Shown: piece by piece, positions 27,659-38,828 of the stretch
Layout: every line of letters begins with the position of its first letter
Position numbering within the stretch: the stretch's first letter is position 1
Assembly (NCBI GenBank): GCA_964480955.1
Contig: CAYZRW010000001.1
Location: 49,650 to 113,649 of the forward strand
Origin: an uncultured Candidatus Bathyarchaeia archaeon
Lineage (GTDB): Archaea; Thermoproteota; Bathyarchaeia; 40CM-2-53-6; RBG-13-38-9
Reading direction: 5' to 3'
Length of the DNA: 64,000 bases
Position numbers and translations under genes: made by a program
The notes under the pieces: generated by a model
What the model was told of the DNA's origin: nothing
Database searches by the model: none
The model's input: the letters and a program-made list of their open reading frames with translations, nothing else

Positions 27659-28831
27659 TCACTTCGAATACGCTGCAACGATGGCGTTAGCCATATCTTC
27701 AGCGGTCAGTCCTGGCGACTTGACATTATGTTCTCTGTAGAAACGTTGGATTCTACGTGTCAAGATGTCACTTGTCACCTCTGTTCCCTTGAGTTCCCTC
27801 TCCAGTATCCGCAGCTGATCTTTGGGGATGAAGCAAAAGTCGCCGGTGATCATGATGTCCTCTATCTTGTTGTCCATCGTCTCGACGAGAACACGTAGGA
27901 GGCCTCCCTCGGTCTTATGGAGGGTCTCACCTACTTTCGCCCTACCTGATATCTTCAGGCTCCTTTTTTGGATGAGATTGTAATGTCCACTCTCGATCAT
28001 GTAGAGCCATTCCCGGCTCTGATACTTCTCTTCGAGCGATTCCATTAGCTCAATCTCTGTTTGCGAGAGTCCACCTTTGACAAGTTCGATTCCCAAAGTG
28101 GTTTCATAGTTGCGTCTCAATAGTTCTTTCACAGTCTCTCTGCTTGGCGGTTCTCGAAGTTCCCTCTCGATTGTGGTCAGCCTATCCTTGAGCGTCTTCG
28201 CCACTTTATCCCTGAACTTTTCACTTGGCACTTTCAGGATCTTCACCATCTCGTCGAAGTTGAAGTTGAAGATGATGTTTCCTGTGAGGACAGAGGATGC
28301 GCCGATCTCTGTGGCGCCGTTTCCACTTATCTTTCTGCCGTCAACCTCTATGTCGTTTATAGGTCTGTAGCGCGCAGCGATACCTATGTCATTGTAGGTC
28401 TTGACAGGGGCTGCCAGAAACCTCCTGAAGAGTTCTTGAATAGAGCTTGGAACCCTAGGGTCCGATCTGGAGGCTACAACCTGGTAGAAGAGTTGGCCTC
28501 CGTCAAGGTAGACTGCTCCACCGCCGAGGATTCGCCTCACAATCGGTAGAGCCTTCAGCCTACAGTATTCTACGTCGACCTCAGCCTCCAACTCTTGATG
28601 GTAACCAAGACAGACAAGAGAACTATTGGGACTGCAGAATATGATGGTACTTGGAGAGGTGTTTTGGTCAACAGCCTTTGCCACAGCGTGATAGACGACT
28701 TGAGTGGATAGGGGAGGCAGGTCTCCGAGGTCTAGAAGACGCCACCTATCAGTCAAAGCCAATACCAACTCATGCTTAGAATGCGTAGTCGAAGGGAGCC
28801 TAGATTTGATGTGAGTCTTGGAGGATCCCAA
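27659..28831 (-). CDS. lplA: lipoate-protein ligase A family protein
   Basis: BPL/LPL catalytic domain (RRILGGGAVYLD, KISGNGA) plus a C-terminal LplA domain. Confidence 0.65.
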   Translation of the reverse strand: MGSSKTHIKSRLPSTTHSKHELVLALTDRWRLLDLGDLPPLSTQVVYHAVAKAVDQNTSPSTIIFCSPNSSLVCLGYHQELEAEVDVEYCRLKALPIVRRILGGGAVYLDGGQLFYQVVASRSDPRVPSSIQELFRRFLAAPVKTYNDIGIAARYRPINDIEVDGRKISGNGATEIGASSVLTGNIIFNFNFDEMVKILKVPSEKFRDKVAKTLKDRLTTIERELREPPSRETVKELLRRNYETTLGIELVKGGLSQTEIELMESLEEKYQSREWLYMIESGHYNLIQKRSLKISGRAKVGETLHKTEGGLLRVLVETMDNKIEDIMITGDFCFIPKDQLRILERELKGTEVTSDILTRRIQRFYREHNVKSPGLTAEDMANAIVAAYSK

Positions 28832-28834
28832 ATC

Positions 28835-29581
28835 TCACTTCATACGTTCGAAGGCTCCTGTTCCAACCGTGAACATTATGGCCGCGAACCCCATTAGAAC
28901 AGCCAGATCCAGATAGAGCGGGAACTGTGAGACCCCTATGGTGACTGTTCTCAGGCCGTCGACGCCGTAGGTTACTGGGTCGATGTATGTTATGACTGAG
29001 AGCCAAAGGGGGAGGTTGCCCAGAGGAAAGAGTGCGCCGCTGAAGAAGAAGAGGGGAAAGATAAGGAAGCTGACGATCATGTTGAACCCTTCCGGGCTCT
29101 CCATGAGTGAACCTATTATCAGACCGGTGCTTACAAGGCTCAGAGCCAACAGAAAGAGAATAAGTACTGCGAGCAGGAAGGTTGCGGGAGTCAGTTGGAC
29201 CCCGACTGCGAAGCCTATCAGCAGCACGATGAAGGCTTGAAGCATCGAGTCTGTGCATCCGCCTAGAACCTTGCCGACGAAGATGGAGGTCCTTGAGAGG
29301 GGCGCCACAAGAACCTCCTTTAGTATATCGATCTTTCTGTCCCAGACTATGTAGACCCCGAAGAAGACCGAGCTGAAGAGGACGCTCATCGCCAAGATGC
29401 CTGGATAGATGAAGACTTGATAGTTGACGCCTCCAACCTCCACAGCAGAGCCCAAGCCTCCTCCGAAGACGAATATCCAGAGCAGAGGTGTGAAGATGGA
29501 CGTCACTACGCGTGATCTCTCACGAGTGAACACCTTGATCTCCCTGAGCCAGAGAGCGTAGATCCCCTCGGCTTGACTCAT
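28835..29581 (-). CDS. ABC-2 type transporter permease
   Basis: Six-TM ABC-2 permease, in an operon with the ATPase. Confidence 0.65.
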   Translation of the reverse strand: MSQAEGIYALWLREIKVFTRERSRVVTSIFTPLLWIFVFGGGLGSAVEVGGVNYQVFIYPGILAMSVLFSSVFFGVYIVWDRKIDILKEVLVAPLSRTSIFVGKVLGGCTDSMLQAFIVLLIGFAVGVQLTPATFLLAVLILFLLALSLVSTGLIIGSLMESPEGFNMIVSFLIFPLFFFSGALFPLGNLPLWLSVITYIDPVTYGVDGLRTVTIGVSQFPLYLDLAVLMGFAAIMFTVGTGAFERMK

Positions 29582-30576
29582 CTTAGTGTCCTCTCCCTCA
29601 TTATCCTCTGGACAAATCCGCCTTCACCGGTCTCGGGCCTTATCTCCTTTCCTGTGTAACTGAGAAAGACATCGTTCAAACTTGCAGGCCTAATCTCCAC
29701 ACTCTCAATCTTCCCGGCGATATCAAGGATCTTCTGGAGGTTCTCACTGGCGTTCCTGACGGTTAGGACTATGTGGTCACCTTTCACCTCGACCTTCCTT
29801 ACACTATCTATCTTCCTGAATCTATCAACATCAGAGTTCGCGGTCTTCAGGCAGACGATGTCTCCACCAACCGTCTCCTTCAGATTATCAGGTGTATCCA
29901 TGACGATTATCCTTCCCTGATCGATTATGGCAACCCTATCGCAGAGTCTGTCGGCCTCCTCCATGTAGTGGGTGGTCAACACGATGGTCATGTCACGCTC
30001 TCTAGACATGTCCTCGATGTATTCCCATATGTGTTCGCGAGTCTGAGGATCCAGCCCTAGGGTCGGCTCATCTAGGAATAATACCTTGGGAAGGTGGAGG
30101 AGCCCACGCGAGAGCTCCAGCCGTCTTCGCATGCCTCCGGAGTAAGTCTTCACCAAATCATTCTGTCTGGATTCAAGACCGACCAGTCTAAGAACCTCAT
30201 CTATTCTCTCATCACGAATATCTTTAGGGACCCCGTACCACATTGCGTGGAGGCGGAGATTCTCCCTGCCAGTGAGAATGTCGTCTACACTGGGTTGCTG
30301 AAACACTATGCCAATAGACTTCCTGACATCGTCAGGTTCCTTCAGTATATCGTAACCATTGACCGTAGCGGTTCCTCCAGACGGCCTCAGAATGGTGCAG
30401 AGCATAGAGATAGTCGTGGTCTTGCCAGCGCCGTTGGGTCCGAGCAGACCAAAGATCTCCCCCTGCTTAATCTTCACGCTGAGGTGGTCAACAGCGGTTA
30501 GGTCTCCGAACTGCTTGGTAAGGTCAGAAGTCTCTATCGCATTATCCAATACTAAGTGCCCCCAGAGTGATGGCAA
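29578..30576 (-). CDS. ABC transporter ATP-binding protein (DrrA-like)
   Basis: Walker A GPNGAGKTT, signature SGGMRRR, Walker B LFLDEPT. Confidence 0.8.
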   Translation of the reverse strand: MPSLWGHLVLDNAIETSDLTKQFGDLTAVDHLSVKIKQGEIFGLLGPNGAGKTTTISMLCTILRPSGGTATVNGYDILKEPDDVRKSIGIVFQQPSVDDILTGRENLRLHAMWYGVPKDIRDERIDEVLRLVGLESRQNDLVKTYSGGMRRRLELSRGLLHLPKVLFLDEPTLGLDPQTREHIWEYIEDMSRERDMTIVLTTHYMEEADRLCDRVAIIDQGRIIVMDTPDNLKETVGGDIVCLKTANSDVDRFRKIDSVRKVEVKGDHIVLTVRNASENLQKILDIAGKIESVEIRPASLNDVFLSYTGKEIRPETGEGGFVQRIMRERTLR

Positions 30577-30772
30577 GTGTAGTGGCTGACCAACCTATTT
30601 GTCTTGCTCCGGCAATGGTGCATTCATGATATTTATCGAAGAACTTGAAGATACGGCGCATATCAAATATGGCCGGAGAAGACATTGGGCAAATCAACCT
30701 GAAGACGCAACCTTTGAAAGGTTCATTAGATAGTTGTTGACGGTTTAGAGAGCCCACCCAAGGTCCTACTAA

Positions 30773-33583
30773 TTGTCTAGAGCCGAGACTGCCGGTCTTG
30801 AAGCATATTATTCGCAGCCGCCGGAGAGAGTTCTAGAAGTCCTAGGAACCGGACCCGAAGGCCTCAGTGATGATGAGGTCCGCTCACGGCTGGCACGCTA
30901 CGGCCCCAACGAGATTAGAGAGGTTCGTGGCAAACCCCTCACTCAGAGGTTTGCTGCCAACCTGACACATCCTATGGCGATCCTGCTCTGGTCAGCGTCC
31001 GTGATGGCCTACATTGGGAATATGCCGCAGCTTGCCGTCGCCATAGTCGGGGTCATAATCATAAACGCGGTATTCAGCTTCTGGCAAGAATATCGTGCAG
31101 AGCGGACCACAAAGGAACTCAAGAAGCTCATTCCCCAATACGCTCGCGTTATCCGCGGAGGGAGCGAGAAGCAGGTCCCAGCAAGAGAAGTAGTCCTAGG
31201 GGATGTTGTGGTCTTATCTGAGGGAGACCGCATCCCTGCAGACGGCAGGATCATCAAGAACTTCGGGATGCTAACAGATGAGTCTGCCTTGACAGGAGAG
31301 TCGAGGCCTGTACCCAAAACTTCTCAACCGATAGCCCTCAAAACATGCAAGACCTCATACGAACTTCCCAACCTAGTCTTCGGAGGAACGAATCTAGCCG
31401 CAGGATCAGGTGTTGCGGTGATCTTTGCAGCTGGAATGAACATGCAGTTTGGAAGGATTGCACACCTAACAGAGATGGTTGAGGAGGAACAGAGCCCACT
31501 CCAGAGAGAGCTGAGGAGAGTCACAGCCATAGTGACTTTGGTAGCGATCTTGGTTGGTACTGTAGTTTTTCTCGCGGCCTTCTCTTTAGGTCTTGCTGCG
31601 GCTGAGAGCTTCCTATTCGCTATAGGGATGATCGTGGCCTTCGTGCCCGAGGGGCTACTCCCCACAGTCACCCTATCGCTTGCGATGGCCATGCAGACGA
31701 TGGCCAAGAGACGCGCGGTGATAAAAAAGCTTTCCAGTGTCGAGACACTCGGCTGCACTACGGTCATCTGCACCGACAAGACAGGGACCCTAACCTGCAA
31801 CGCGATGACTGTTACTCGAATATGGGTGAGTGGTCTTGACATCAAGGTTACTGGAACAGGCTACAACCCGCAGGGGCGTTTCCTCACAGATTCAGGTGAA
31901 GAGCTGGTTGAAGACAATTCCGACCTCAAACTACTATTGACAGCAGCAATGACCTGTAACAATGCCCGCCTCATGCCTCCGACGGATCAACAGAGAAGAT
32001 GGAGCATCCTAGGTGATCCCACAGAGGGCGCTCTTCTGGTTGCAGCCCTTAAAGCGGGATTGGCCTATCCTCCTCGGGAAAACAGATTTGCCCTTCTCCC
32101 ATTCGACTCTAGGAGAAAGAGGATGAGTGTGATTGTATATGAGAATCGAGGAGGTGTCTTGAGAGGTCGGCCGGAAAAGCTCAGAGCATATGTTAAAGGG
32201 GCACCCGCAGAGCTGCTGGATTACTGCAGCGGCATTCTCAAGAATGCTGAGGTAGTGCCACTACAAGATTCAGATCGAACAGCAATTAGGAGCCAGATCG
32301 ACAGCTACGCAAGGGACGGCTTGAGAGTCCTAGGGATCGCCTTCAGAGACCTCACTGATCCTCCAGACAATGCGTCGCCTGAGAATGTTGAGAGTGAGAT
32401 GACATTTCTTGGGTTAGCAGCGATGATGGATCCTCCGAGGCCTGAAGTGGAGGAGGCGATACAGAAATGCAGACAGGCAGGAATCCGCGTCCTCATGTTG
32501 ACAGGCGACTATGGCTTGACGGCCGGGTTCATTGCGAAGAGGCTCGGGATCATATCTGGGAGAGCACGGATCATTACTGGCGAAGAGGTCAATTCCCTCT
32601 CTGACCAAGCGCTTCAAAGAGTTCTCCTAGAGGAGAACATTATCTTTGCGCGCATAACTCCTGAGCATAAACTCAGAATCGTAGTCGCCCTCCAGGCATT
32701 GAATCAGATTGTGGCTATGACCGGTGACGGTGTGAACGATGCGCCGGCCCTGAAGAGGGCGGATATCGGCGTGGCCATGGGAATCTCAGGAACAGATGTT
32801 GCTAAGGAGGCGGCGGACATGATAGTTACTGACGACAACTTTGCATCCATAGTCAGCGCCGTGGAGGAAGGTCGGGCGGTCTATAACAACATAAAGAAGT
32901 TCACCAAGTACATCTTCGCAAGCAATGTGCCTGAGGCGGTTCCCTTCATCTTCTACGTGCTCGCAGCAGTACCCTTGCCCCTTACTGTAATGCAAATCTT
33001 GTCAGTCGATCTCGGAACAGACATGATTCCAGCTTTGGCTTTAGGCGCGGAGCCGCCCGAAGGCGATGTTATGAGATTCCCTTCGCGAAAGCGTGAAAAG
33101 GGTATATTGAGCGGGGGCCTACTTGCGCACTCCCTTCTATTCTTGGGAGGGATAGAATCAATAGCGGCCATGGCATGCTATTACTGGATGAACTTCATCA
33201 ACGGATTTGGTCCAGGTTCCCTTGCACAGCCCGGGACAGTGGTCTACTCGATGGCCACAACGATGACTCTTGTCGGCATCGTCATGTCTCAGGTAGGAAA
33301 CGTCTTCGCGTGCAGAACAGAACGCGCCTCAAGCCTGAAGAGGAGCATAAAGATCAATCCATTGCTTCCGATGGGACTTGCATTTGAGCTGTCAATAATC
33401 TTGGCATTGGTCTACCTTCCCTTCCTTCACCCGGTCTTTGGAACTGCTCCCCTTTCGCCGGAGCATTGGCTCTTCCCCATGGTCTTTGCACCGGCAATAC
33501 TTTTAGCTGAAGAGGTGAGAAAACTGATACTCAGGCGCCTGGGTCAGATAACTCACCTTCGCAACGGTGGAGATTCGAAGTGA
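30773..33583 (+). CDS. cation-transporting P-type ATPase (type II)
   Basis: DKTGTLT phosphorylation site, TGES, MTGDGVNDAPALKRADIGVAMG. 936 aa. TTG start. Confidence 0.8.
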   Translation: MSRAETAGLEAYYSQPPERVLEVLGTGPEGLSDDEVRSRLARYGPNEIREVRGKPLTQRFAANLTHPMAILLWSASVMAYIGNMPQLAVAIVGVIIINAVFSFWQEYRAERTTKELKKLIPQYARVIRGGSEKQVPAREVVLGDVVVLSEGDRIPADGRIIKNFGMLTDESALTGESRPVPKTSQPIALKTCKTSYELPNLVFGGTNLAAGSGVAVIFAAGMNMQFGRIAHLTEMVEEEQSPLQRELRRVTAIVTLVAILVGTVVFLAAFSLGLAAAESFLFAIGMIVAFVPEGLLPTVTLSLAMAMQTMAKRRAVIKKLSSVETLGCTTVICTDKTGTLTCNAMTVTRIWVSGLDIKVTGTGYNPQGRFLTDSGEELVEDNSDLKLLLTAAMTCNNARLMPPTDQQRRWSILGDPTEGALLVAALKAGLAYPPRENRFALLPFDSRRKRMSVIVYENRGGVLRGRPEKLRAYVKGAPAELLDYCSGILKNAEVVPLQDSDRTAIRSQIDSYARDGLRVLGIAFRDLTDPPDNASPENVESEMTFLGLAAMMDPPRPEVEEAIQKCRQAGIRVLMLTGDYGLTAGFIAKRLGIISGRARIITGEEVNSLSDQALQRVLLEENIIFARITPEHKLRIVVALQALNQIVAMTGDGVNDAPALKRADIGVAMGISGTDVAKEAADMIVTDDNFASIVSAVEEGRAVYNNIKKFTKYIFASNVPEAVPFIFYVLAAVPLPLTVMQILSVDLGTDMIPALALGAEPPEGDVMRFPSRKREKGILSGGLLAHSLLFLGGIESIAAMACYYWMNFINGFGPGSLAQPGTVVYSMATTMTLVGIVMSQVGNVFACRTERASSLKRSIKINPLLPMGLAFELSIILALVYLPFLHPVFGTAPLSPEHWLFPMVFAPAILLAEEVRKLILRRLGQITHLRNGGDSK

Positions 33584-34227
33584 ATGTCATAGTGGTGGGA
33601 TGTGGAAGGGTCGGCTCATACTTGGCTGACCTATTGAATGCTGAAGGCCACAGGGTAGCGGTCATAGACAAGGACCCTAAGGCCTTCGAACGCTTGAGCG
33701 CTGGCTTCAAGGGCATCCGCATCGAGGGAGATGTGCTTGACAGGGAGGTACTCTACCAGGCTGGAATACAGAACGCTGACGCCCTAGCCTCGGTGACCAA
33801 CAGCGACAGCCTCAACGCCACCTTGGCCATAATTGCAAGGAACAAGTTCCGCGTTCCCAAACTGGCCATAAGGGTCTTTGACCCATCACATGCCGAAGTC
33901 TACAGGAGGCTTGGAATTCTAATTATTTCACCTACAGAGTGGGGTGCATCCTTCATAAAGGACGTTCTTGTACATCCTGAACTTCATCCAAAGCTCACGT
34001 TAGGAAATGGAGAGGTCAAGATCGTAGAGGTAGCGGTTCCACCAGGACTGGTTGGAAGACCAGTTGAGTCTGTGAATATCCCACAACAGGTGATTGTTGC
34101 CGCAATTGTAAGACAGGGCAAAGCCCTCATACCATACCCCGGGATGATGTTTCAGGAGAACGACTTCCTGACCTTGGCAGTCTCAACCACAGCCACGGGA
34201 AGGATTGAGGAACTCATCAGCCACTAG
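33580..34227 (+). CDS. trkA: TrkA-family K+ transport NAD-binding protein (N plus C domains)
   Basis: VVGCGRVGSYLA Rossmann motif with a TrkA-C-type tail. Confidence 0.7.
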   Translation: MNVIVVGCGRVGSYLADLLNAEGHRVAVIDKDPKAFERLSAGFKGIRIEGDVLDREVLYQAGIQNADALASVTNSDSLNATLAIIARNKFRVPKLAIRVFDPSHAEVYRRLGILIISPTEWGASFIKDVLVHPELHPKLTLGNGEVKIVEVAVPPGLVGRPVESVNIPQQVIVAAIVRQGKALIPYPGMMFQENDFLTLAVSTTATGRIEELISH

Positions 34228-34244
34228 GACGGTGAAGTCTAGAC

Positions 34245-34655
34245 ATGTTCGTCGTGATTGTCGGCGGTGGAGGGGCGGGCGCCTACTTGGCGAGCAGACT
34301 CTCCTCAGAAGGCCACAGGGTTGCTGTGATCGACACCAGTCCGGATGCACTTGAGGAGTTGTCTAGCAAGGTTCCAGCCGTATCTACGATTGTCGGAGAC
34401 GGCTCCAGACTTGAGACTATGCGGAAGGCGGGTCTGGAGAAAGCAGATGTCCTGGCGGTCCTGACAGGTGCTGACGAGAAGAACATCACAATAGCGATGC
34501 TGGCAAAGAATGAGTTCCGCATCCCACGCATAGTGGCACGAGTGAACGATCCAAAACATGAATGGCTCTTCGACAGACAAGCCGGAGTTGACTATGCGTT
34601 CAACCAGGACAATCTACTCGTAGATGCCATCATCAAGGCGATCCGAACCACCTAG
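34245..34655 (+). CDS. TrkA-N domain protein
   Basis: IVGGGGAGAYLA Rossmann motif. 136 aa. Confidence 0.65.
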   Translation: MFVVIVGGGGAGAYLASRLSSEGHRVAVIDTSPDALEELSSKVPAVSTIVGDGSRLETMRKAGLEKADVLAVLTGADEKNITIAMLAKNEFRIPRIVARVNDPKHEWLFDRQAGVDYAFNQDNLLVDAIIKAIRTT

Positions 34656-34894
34656 GAACACACCCAACAAGAGTGTTGGGTGCTCGCGCAAGATCATTAC
34701 TGGAACCTCTGCTAAGATATCCCCCTGAAGGTAGCGCGTCTTATCTGAGGCGCATTAGTCACGGTCAAGAAATCCTCTCAACCTCGTCTTCAAGAGGCTG
34801 AAACAAAGGAAGAATTCATGAATCCAAATCACAATGACGATTCTTGAGCCGGGCTTCTGCAGCAGAGTTCTGGTATGAGAGCCTATTGAACAAT

Positions 34895-35611
34895 CTATGA
34901 TAGAGGGAAGGCTAGGATCTTTGACCTCCTCAGAAGCAGCAGCAAGGGGGAGTACACTGCTATCGAGACTACAAGGACTATTACATCTTCTAGGTATGAG
35001 CCCGCAGCCCCAATGACAAAGGCGTAGTAGACCGCCTCGAATGTGCCCAACTCAACCATATACATTCCAGCGGGTACAAGGATGAAGACCATTGTTAAGG
35101 AATGGGCTACTGTTGAGATGAATGATATTAATAAAACTGTGAGAGCGAACCTCCTGACCTCCATTCTCTTCTCGAAGATGTTCCTGTTCAACACTGCGGC
35201 TGGATAGATCAGAGCGAAGGCAACCATGCAGTCGAGAACAGCCCAAAGGGGCAGCATCAGACCGTAGGGATGAGTGAAGTACGCTGCCAGCATGAACGCG
35301 TAGAGTGCTGCAACGATCCTCCACCTACCCTTGATTAGGAGGCCAGCGGTTGCTACGCCTACAGCCTCGCCGGTCACGCCGTAGACGAATGAGAATATGT
35401 TTGCGCCGATCACTGCCCTAGAGATAGAACCCCCGACTACAGCCGTCAATACACCCAGTCTGGGCCCCAAGATCATCCCCTCAAGGGGCTCTAAATATAC
35501 AGCCCATTCCCTGAAAGGGTAGACGGGTATAGAGTCCATTATCACATGTAGAGCCGCAAAGACAGCGACCGAAGCCGCAGACCTGCTCTCGCCCAAGGCC
35601 TTCAGGCGCAT
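34895..35611 (-). CDS. polytopic membrane protein, possibly ECF-transporter S-component-like
   Basis: 238 aa with six predicted TM helices. Weak resemblance only. Confidence 0.3.
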   Translation of the reverse strand: MRLKALGESRSAASVAVFAALHVIMDSIPVYPFREWAVYLEPLEGMILGPRLGVLTAVVGGSISRAVIGANIFSFVYGVTGEAVGVATAGLLIKGRWRIVAALYAFMLAAYFTHPYGLMLPLWAVLDCMVAFALIYPAAVLNRNIFEKRMEVRRFALTVLLISFISTVAHSLTMVFILVPAGMYMVELGTFEAVYYAFVIGAAGSYLEDVIVLVVSIAVYSPLLLLLRRSKILAFPLS

Positions 35612-35620
35612 CCCTCACAA

Positions 35621-36889
35621 CTAGTTGACAGAGGAGAGGGAACTGTAAATCGATCTGGATATCTGCTTTGTCCTCTTCAGCAGAGCCTCCCTATTGCGGT
35701 CCTCCACAAGTATCGAGCAGAGCGGCTCACCTTCCTCAACCACGGTTTCTGGTGGAGGTACGTCCCTACATTCATTGAGGGTGCTTAAGTCAGGTGCCGC
35801 TGAACGTTGCTTTGCGAACAGGATCAGTCGAATGCAAGACTTCGTGGGCTCTTTGGGGACTGCTGGAAGACTTCCGTCAACACATGCCCTCACGTGAGCC
35901 TCTACAACATTCAATCCAAGGACTCTCTCAACACATTCGATAGTTCCTTGAAACCTAGGATTGACCTCAATCACGTGAGGTGTGCCTTCCTTGGAGATGA
36001 CCATGTCGACACCATTCGACCCGATCAAGCCAAAATATGAAACAACCCTCTCGGCAGCATCTCTGCACTTATCTATGATGTCTGAAGGCGCTGAGAGGGG
36101 AACTATATTGCCACAATAGCCAAAAGGCTCTTGTTGACCCACCTCAGAGACCCCCAATAGTTGCTCACTCACAACTAACGTTAGGGCCTCCCCCGGTACA
36201 GATATCACAGATGCGCTGGCATGTGTGCCCGAGACATACTCTTGAACCTGAATGCCGGCATCCGACTTTCGAACTGCCCCTAGAGCATTATCGAGTTCTT
36301 GGGCGTTAGAAACCTTCCTTATCCCTAGGCCTCCAAACCCCTTTTCAGGCTTGAGCAGAAGAGGAAAACCCATATCTTTGGAGGCTCTTTTCGCCTCCAC
36401 AAAGTTGTGAGCGAATACCGTTTCCGGAAATGGGAGCTCCAACCGTCTGACTATCGCAAAGAACTTTGACTTATCACGGACCCTCCGAAAAAGGTCGGGG
36501 GGGTTCCCTAGTATAGGGATCAAGTAGTTGAGTTCGTAAAGAACTTCTGGGGAATCGTCCAGACCGGAAGCCAAAAGCGAAGCATCAATCTCATAGTTTT
36601 CCTCAAGTCCTCTTGCCAATTCGAGAAGGGCCTCCGGTAAAGGGTTGCCGAATATTCCCGATTGAGATCTTCCTCCTTTTCGCTTTGCCAAAGACAGACT
36701 TGCGGAGCAGCTCTGGCCCAAGTCTTGGTCGCCGTGGTAATCAACCGCATAGACATCATAACCGGCTCGCCTAGCCGAGTTAGCCAATTGGGCGACATCC
36801 ACGACCCCTATTGCAAGAACACGGCGAACATCAGAGCGCACGCGATCTCTCTTTGGAGAGTCTCCCAAAAGTTGACTTATCCATGTCAC
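35621..36889 (-). CDS. ATP-grasp domain enzyme
   Basis: FPLLLKPEKGFGGLGIRKV plus a downstream E...N ATP-grasp signature. Subfamily not assignable. Confidence 0.55.
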   Translation of the reverse strand: MTWISQLLGDSPKRDRVRSDVRRVLAIGVVDVAQLANSARRAGYDVYAVDYHGDQDLGQSCSASLSLAKRKGGRSQSGIFGNPLPEALLELARGLEENYEIDASLLASGLDDSPEVLYELNYLIPILGNPPDLFRRVRDKSKFFAIVRRLELPFPETVFAHNFVEAKRASKDMGFPLLLKPEKGFGGLGIRKVSNAQELDNALGAVRKSDAGIQVQEYVSGTHASASVISVPGEALTLVVSEQLLGVSEVGQQEPFGYCGNIVPLSAPSDIIDKCRDAAERVVSYFGLIGSNGVDMVISKEGTPHVIEVNPRFQGTIECVERVLGLNVVEAHVRACVDGSLPAVPKEPTKSCIRLILFAKQRSAAPDLSTLNECRDVPPPETVVEEGEPLCSILVEDRNREALLKRTKQISRSIYSSLSSVN

Positions 36890-37034
36890 CTCAGTTACCC
36901 CGCCTTGGCAGATAGTCCATTAGGGCTTTGACACATCATCTAAAATTACTTAGCCACGTAGGTTCAACAGAGAACTAGGGTAGAAGCTGCGTTTTGGCAT
37001 AGGCCAGATAGGCAGAGGCGCCAGATCCCAAGAC

Positions 37035-37319
37035 CTATTTCAGCATCCTCGCCAGGGCAATCAATCCACAAAGGTAAATTCCCAAGCTCAAAGCGATGGC
37101 TGATCGAACTGTTCCATATTGCCACGACCAACCTGCCATGTTACTGACGAGTTTTACGAAGAGTATCGCAAACCATACAGTGCCTGTGATTCCGAAGAGT
37201 TTCCACGCGAGACCTCGTCTCTCACAGTATGCAACCATCAGATAGAATACTGCTCCGAACAGGAAGCATGCTGCAACTAATGCGTCTATCAACGGTTCAA
37301 TTGCGGCCATATGTCCCAC
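37035..37319 (-). CDS. small membrane protein
   Basis: 94 aa, three TM helices. Confidence 0.35.
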   Translation of the reverse strand: MGHMAAIEPLIDALVAACFLFGAVFYLMVAYCERRGLAWKLFGITGTVWFAILFVKLVSNMAGWSWQYGTVRSAIALSLGIYLCGLIALARMLK

Positions 37320-37327
37320 ATCTCACC

Positions 37328-37615
37328 TTACTTGTAGACGAACATTTCATGTAGCTTGACCCCGGCGAGAGCAAATGATAGGGCTCCCGCCAGAAGAAAT
37401 ATGTATTGCTCCAAACGCTGGGTTGCAAGGTTGACTGGAAAAGCCAGTCCAACTACACCGAGCAGCATCGCGAAGAACATGCAGAACGAAGTTATCCCTA
37501 GATATATCCATACAGAGGCTCCTCGCTTAACCCTCGCCATTACATAGACCGAGAACACGATAGCGGCAAACGCAAAGGTGGCTCCAACGGTTTCACAAAC
37601 AAGAACCCAATCCAT
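37328..37615 (-). CDS. small membrane protein
   Basis: 95 aa, three TM helices. Tandem with 37035..37319. Confidence 0.35.
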   Translation of the reverse strand: MDWVLVCETVGATFAFAAIVFSVYVMARVKRGASVWIYLGITSFCMFFAMLLGVVGLAFPVNLATQRLEQYIFLLAGALSFALAGVKLHEMFVYK

Positions 37616-38162
37616 CGAGTCAACCCTCAGGCAGGCCTAGTATACTGTTGTTTGGAGAGACAAATCTAAATAACTTTTCATTATTCCGATAAGAATAGAG
37701 CTACGGTTGGCACGGCCTAACACGAAGCTAACCACCGCACGATAGTCAATAGTAGCGCACGCAGAGAATTATCATATATACCATGCTCTGGACAGCAGTC
37801 GATACCGTACTTTCTGGACGTAGTCTTTGTAGCCATCTAGCTCGTCCTGTAGTGTTCCATCTTCGAGCGCAGTGCGGAGAATAATCAGGCGCACGCTGAG
37901 ACGAGGCACGCAACAAACGATCTTTTACACGTTCAGGTTCACCCAAGCGTGCATCTGGGGGGATATCTTCACCAATAGGCAGTAGGTAAGGCGCTCACCC
38001 ACAAATAGCTGTTGAGACTCGAAAACTCAGGCAGCCGCCGAGGAGGTCGACCGCACTCGTTGCCCGTATATCAAAACTGATATTAGTCAATCATGGACAA
38101 AGAGACTTCAGCCCGGCCGCGCCTAAACGAATACCAAGCTAATCTCGGGTGGTGCACGCAGA

Positions 38163-38789
38163 ATGGTTGATGGCTCAGTCCCCATTAGGAAGATACTTGT
38201 TCCAACAGATGGGTTAGCTCACTCAGTGAAAGCCTGCCAGTACGCAGTTGGATTGGCCAAGCTTACTGGGGCAGAGATAATTGGGGTCCATATTCTACCA
38301 AACCAGATGTCTAGAATATTTGAGGAGAGAAGACATCTTGGAGAGATCTCACATGACTTCGCCGGCCAATATCGGAAGGAAGGCGAAGAGTACCTGAAAC
38401 AAGTTGAAAGGATATGTTCAAGAGAGATGGTCAGGTGCCGAACAATGTTGTTAGATGGTTACCCACCGGAAGAAATACTGAAGATTGCCCAGAAGGAGAA
38501 CGCAGACCTGATACTCATCCCCAGTAGGGAGGAAGGCTTCGGTCTGCCTGTGATCGAGGCGGGCGCAGCCCGTAAACCCATCTTCTGTTCAAGGATCCCC
38601 CCATTCCAGGAACTGATTAGAGACGATATTGAGGGATTCATGTTTGATCTGGCGGAGGATCCAAAGAGTATCGCGTTCAGAATCTACAGGCGGTACCTCG
38701 AAGACAGGGTCGACAACAACTTCGATAATGTGATCAAGAGATTCACATGGGAATCAATAATCAGGAAGAAGCTTATCCCGCTACTCTAG
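38163..38789 (+). pseudogene. chimeric ORF: universal stress protein (UspA) N-terminal half fused to a GT4 glycosyltransferase C-terminal fragment
   Basis: The N-terminus KILVPTDGLAHSVKACQYAVGLAKLTGAEIIGVHI is Usp-like. From ADLILIPSREEGFGLPVIEAGAARKPIFCS...FQELI the sequence is the E-x7-E C-terminal motif region of GT4 enzymes. Confidence 0.45.
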
Positions 38790-38828
38790 ACTGATTACTA
38801 TACCCAGAGATCTTGGAACGGTGAAAGA

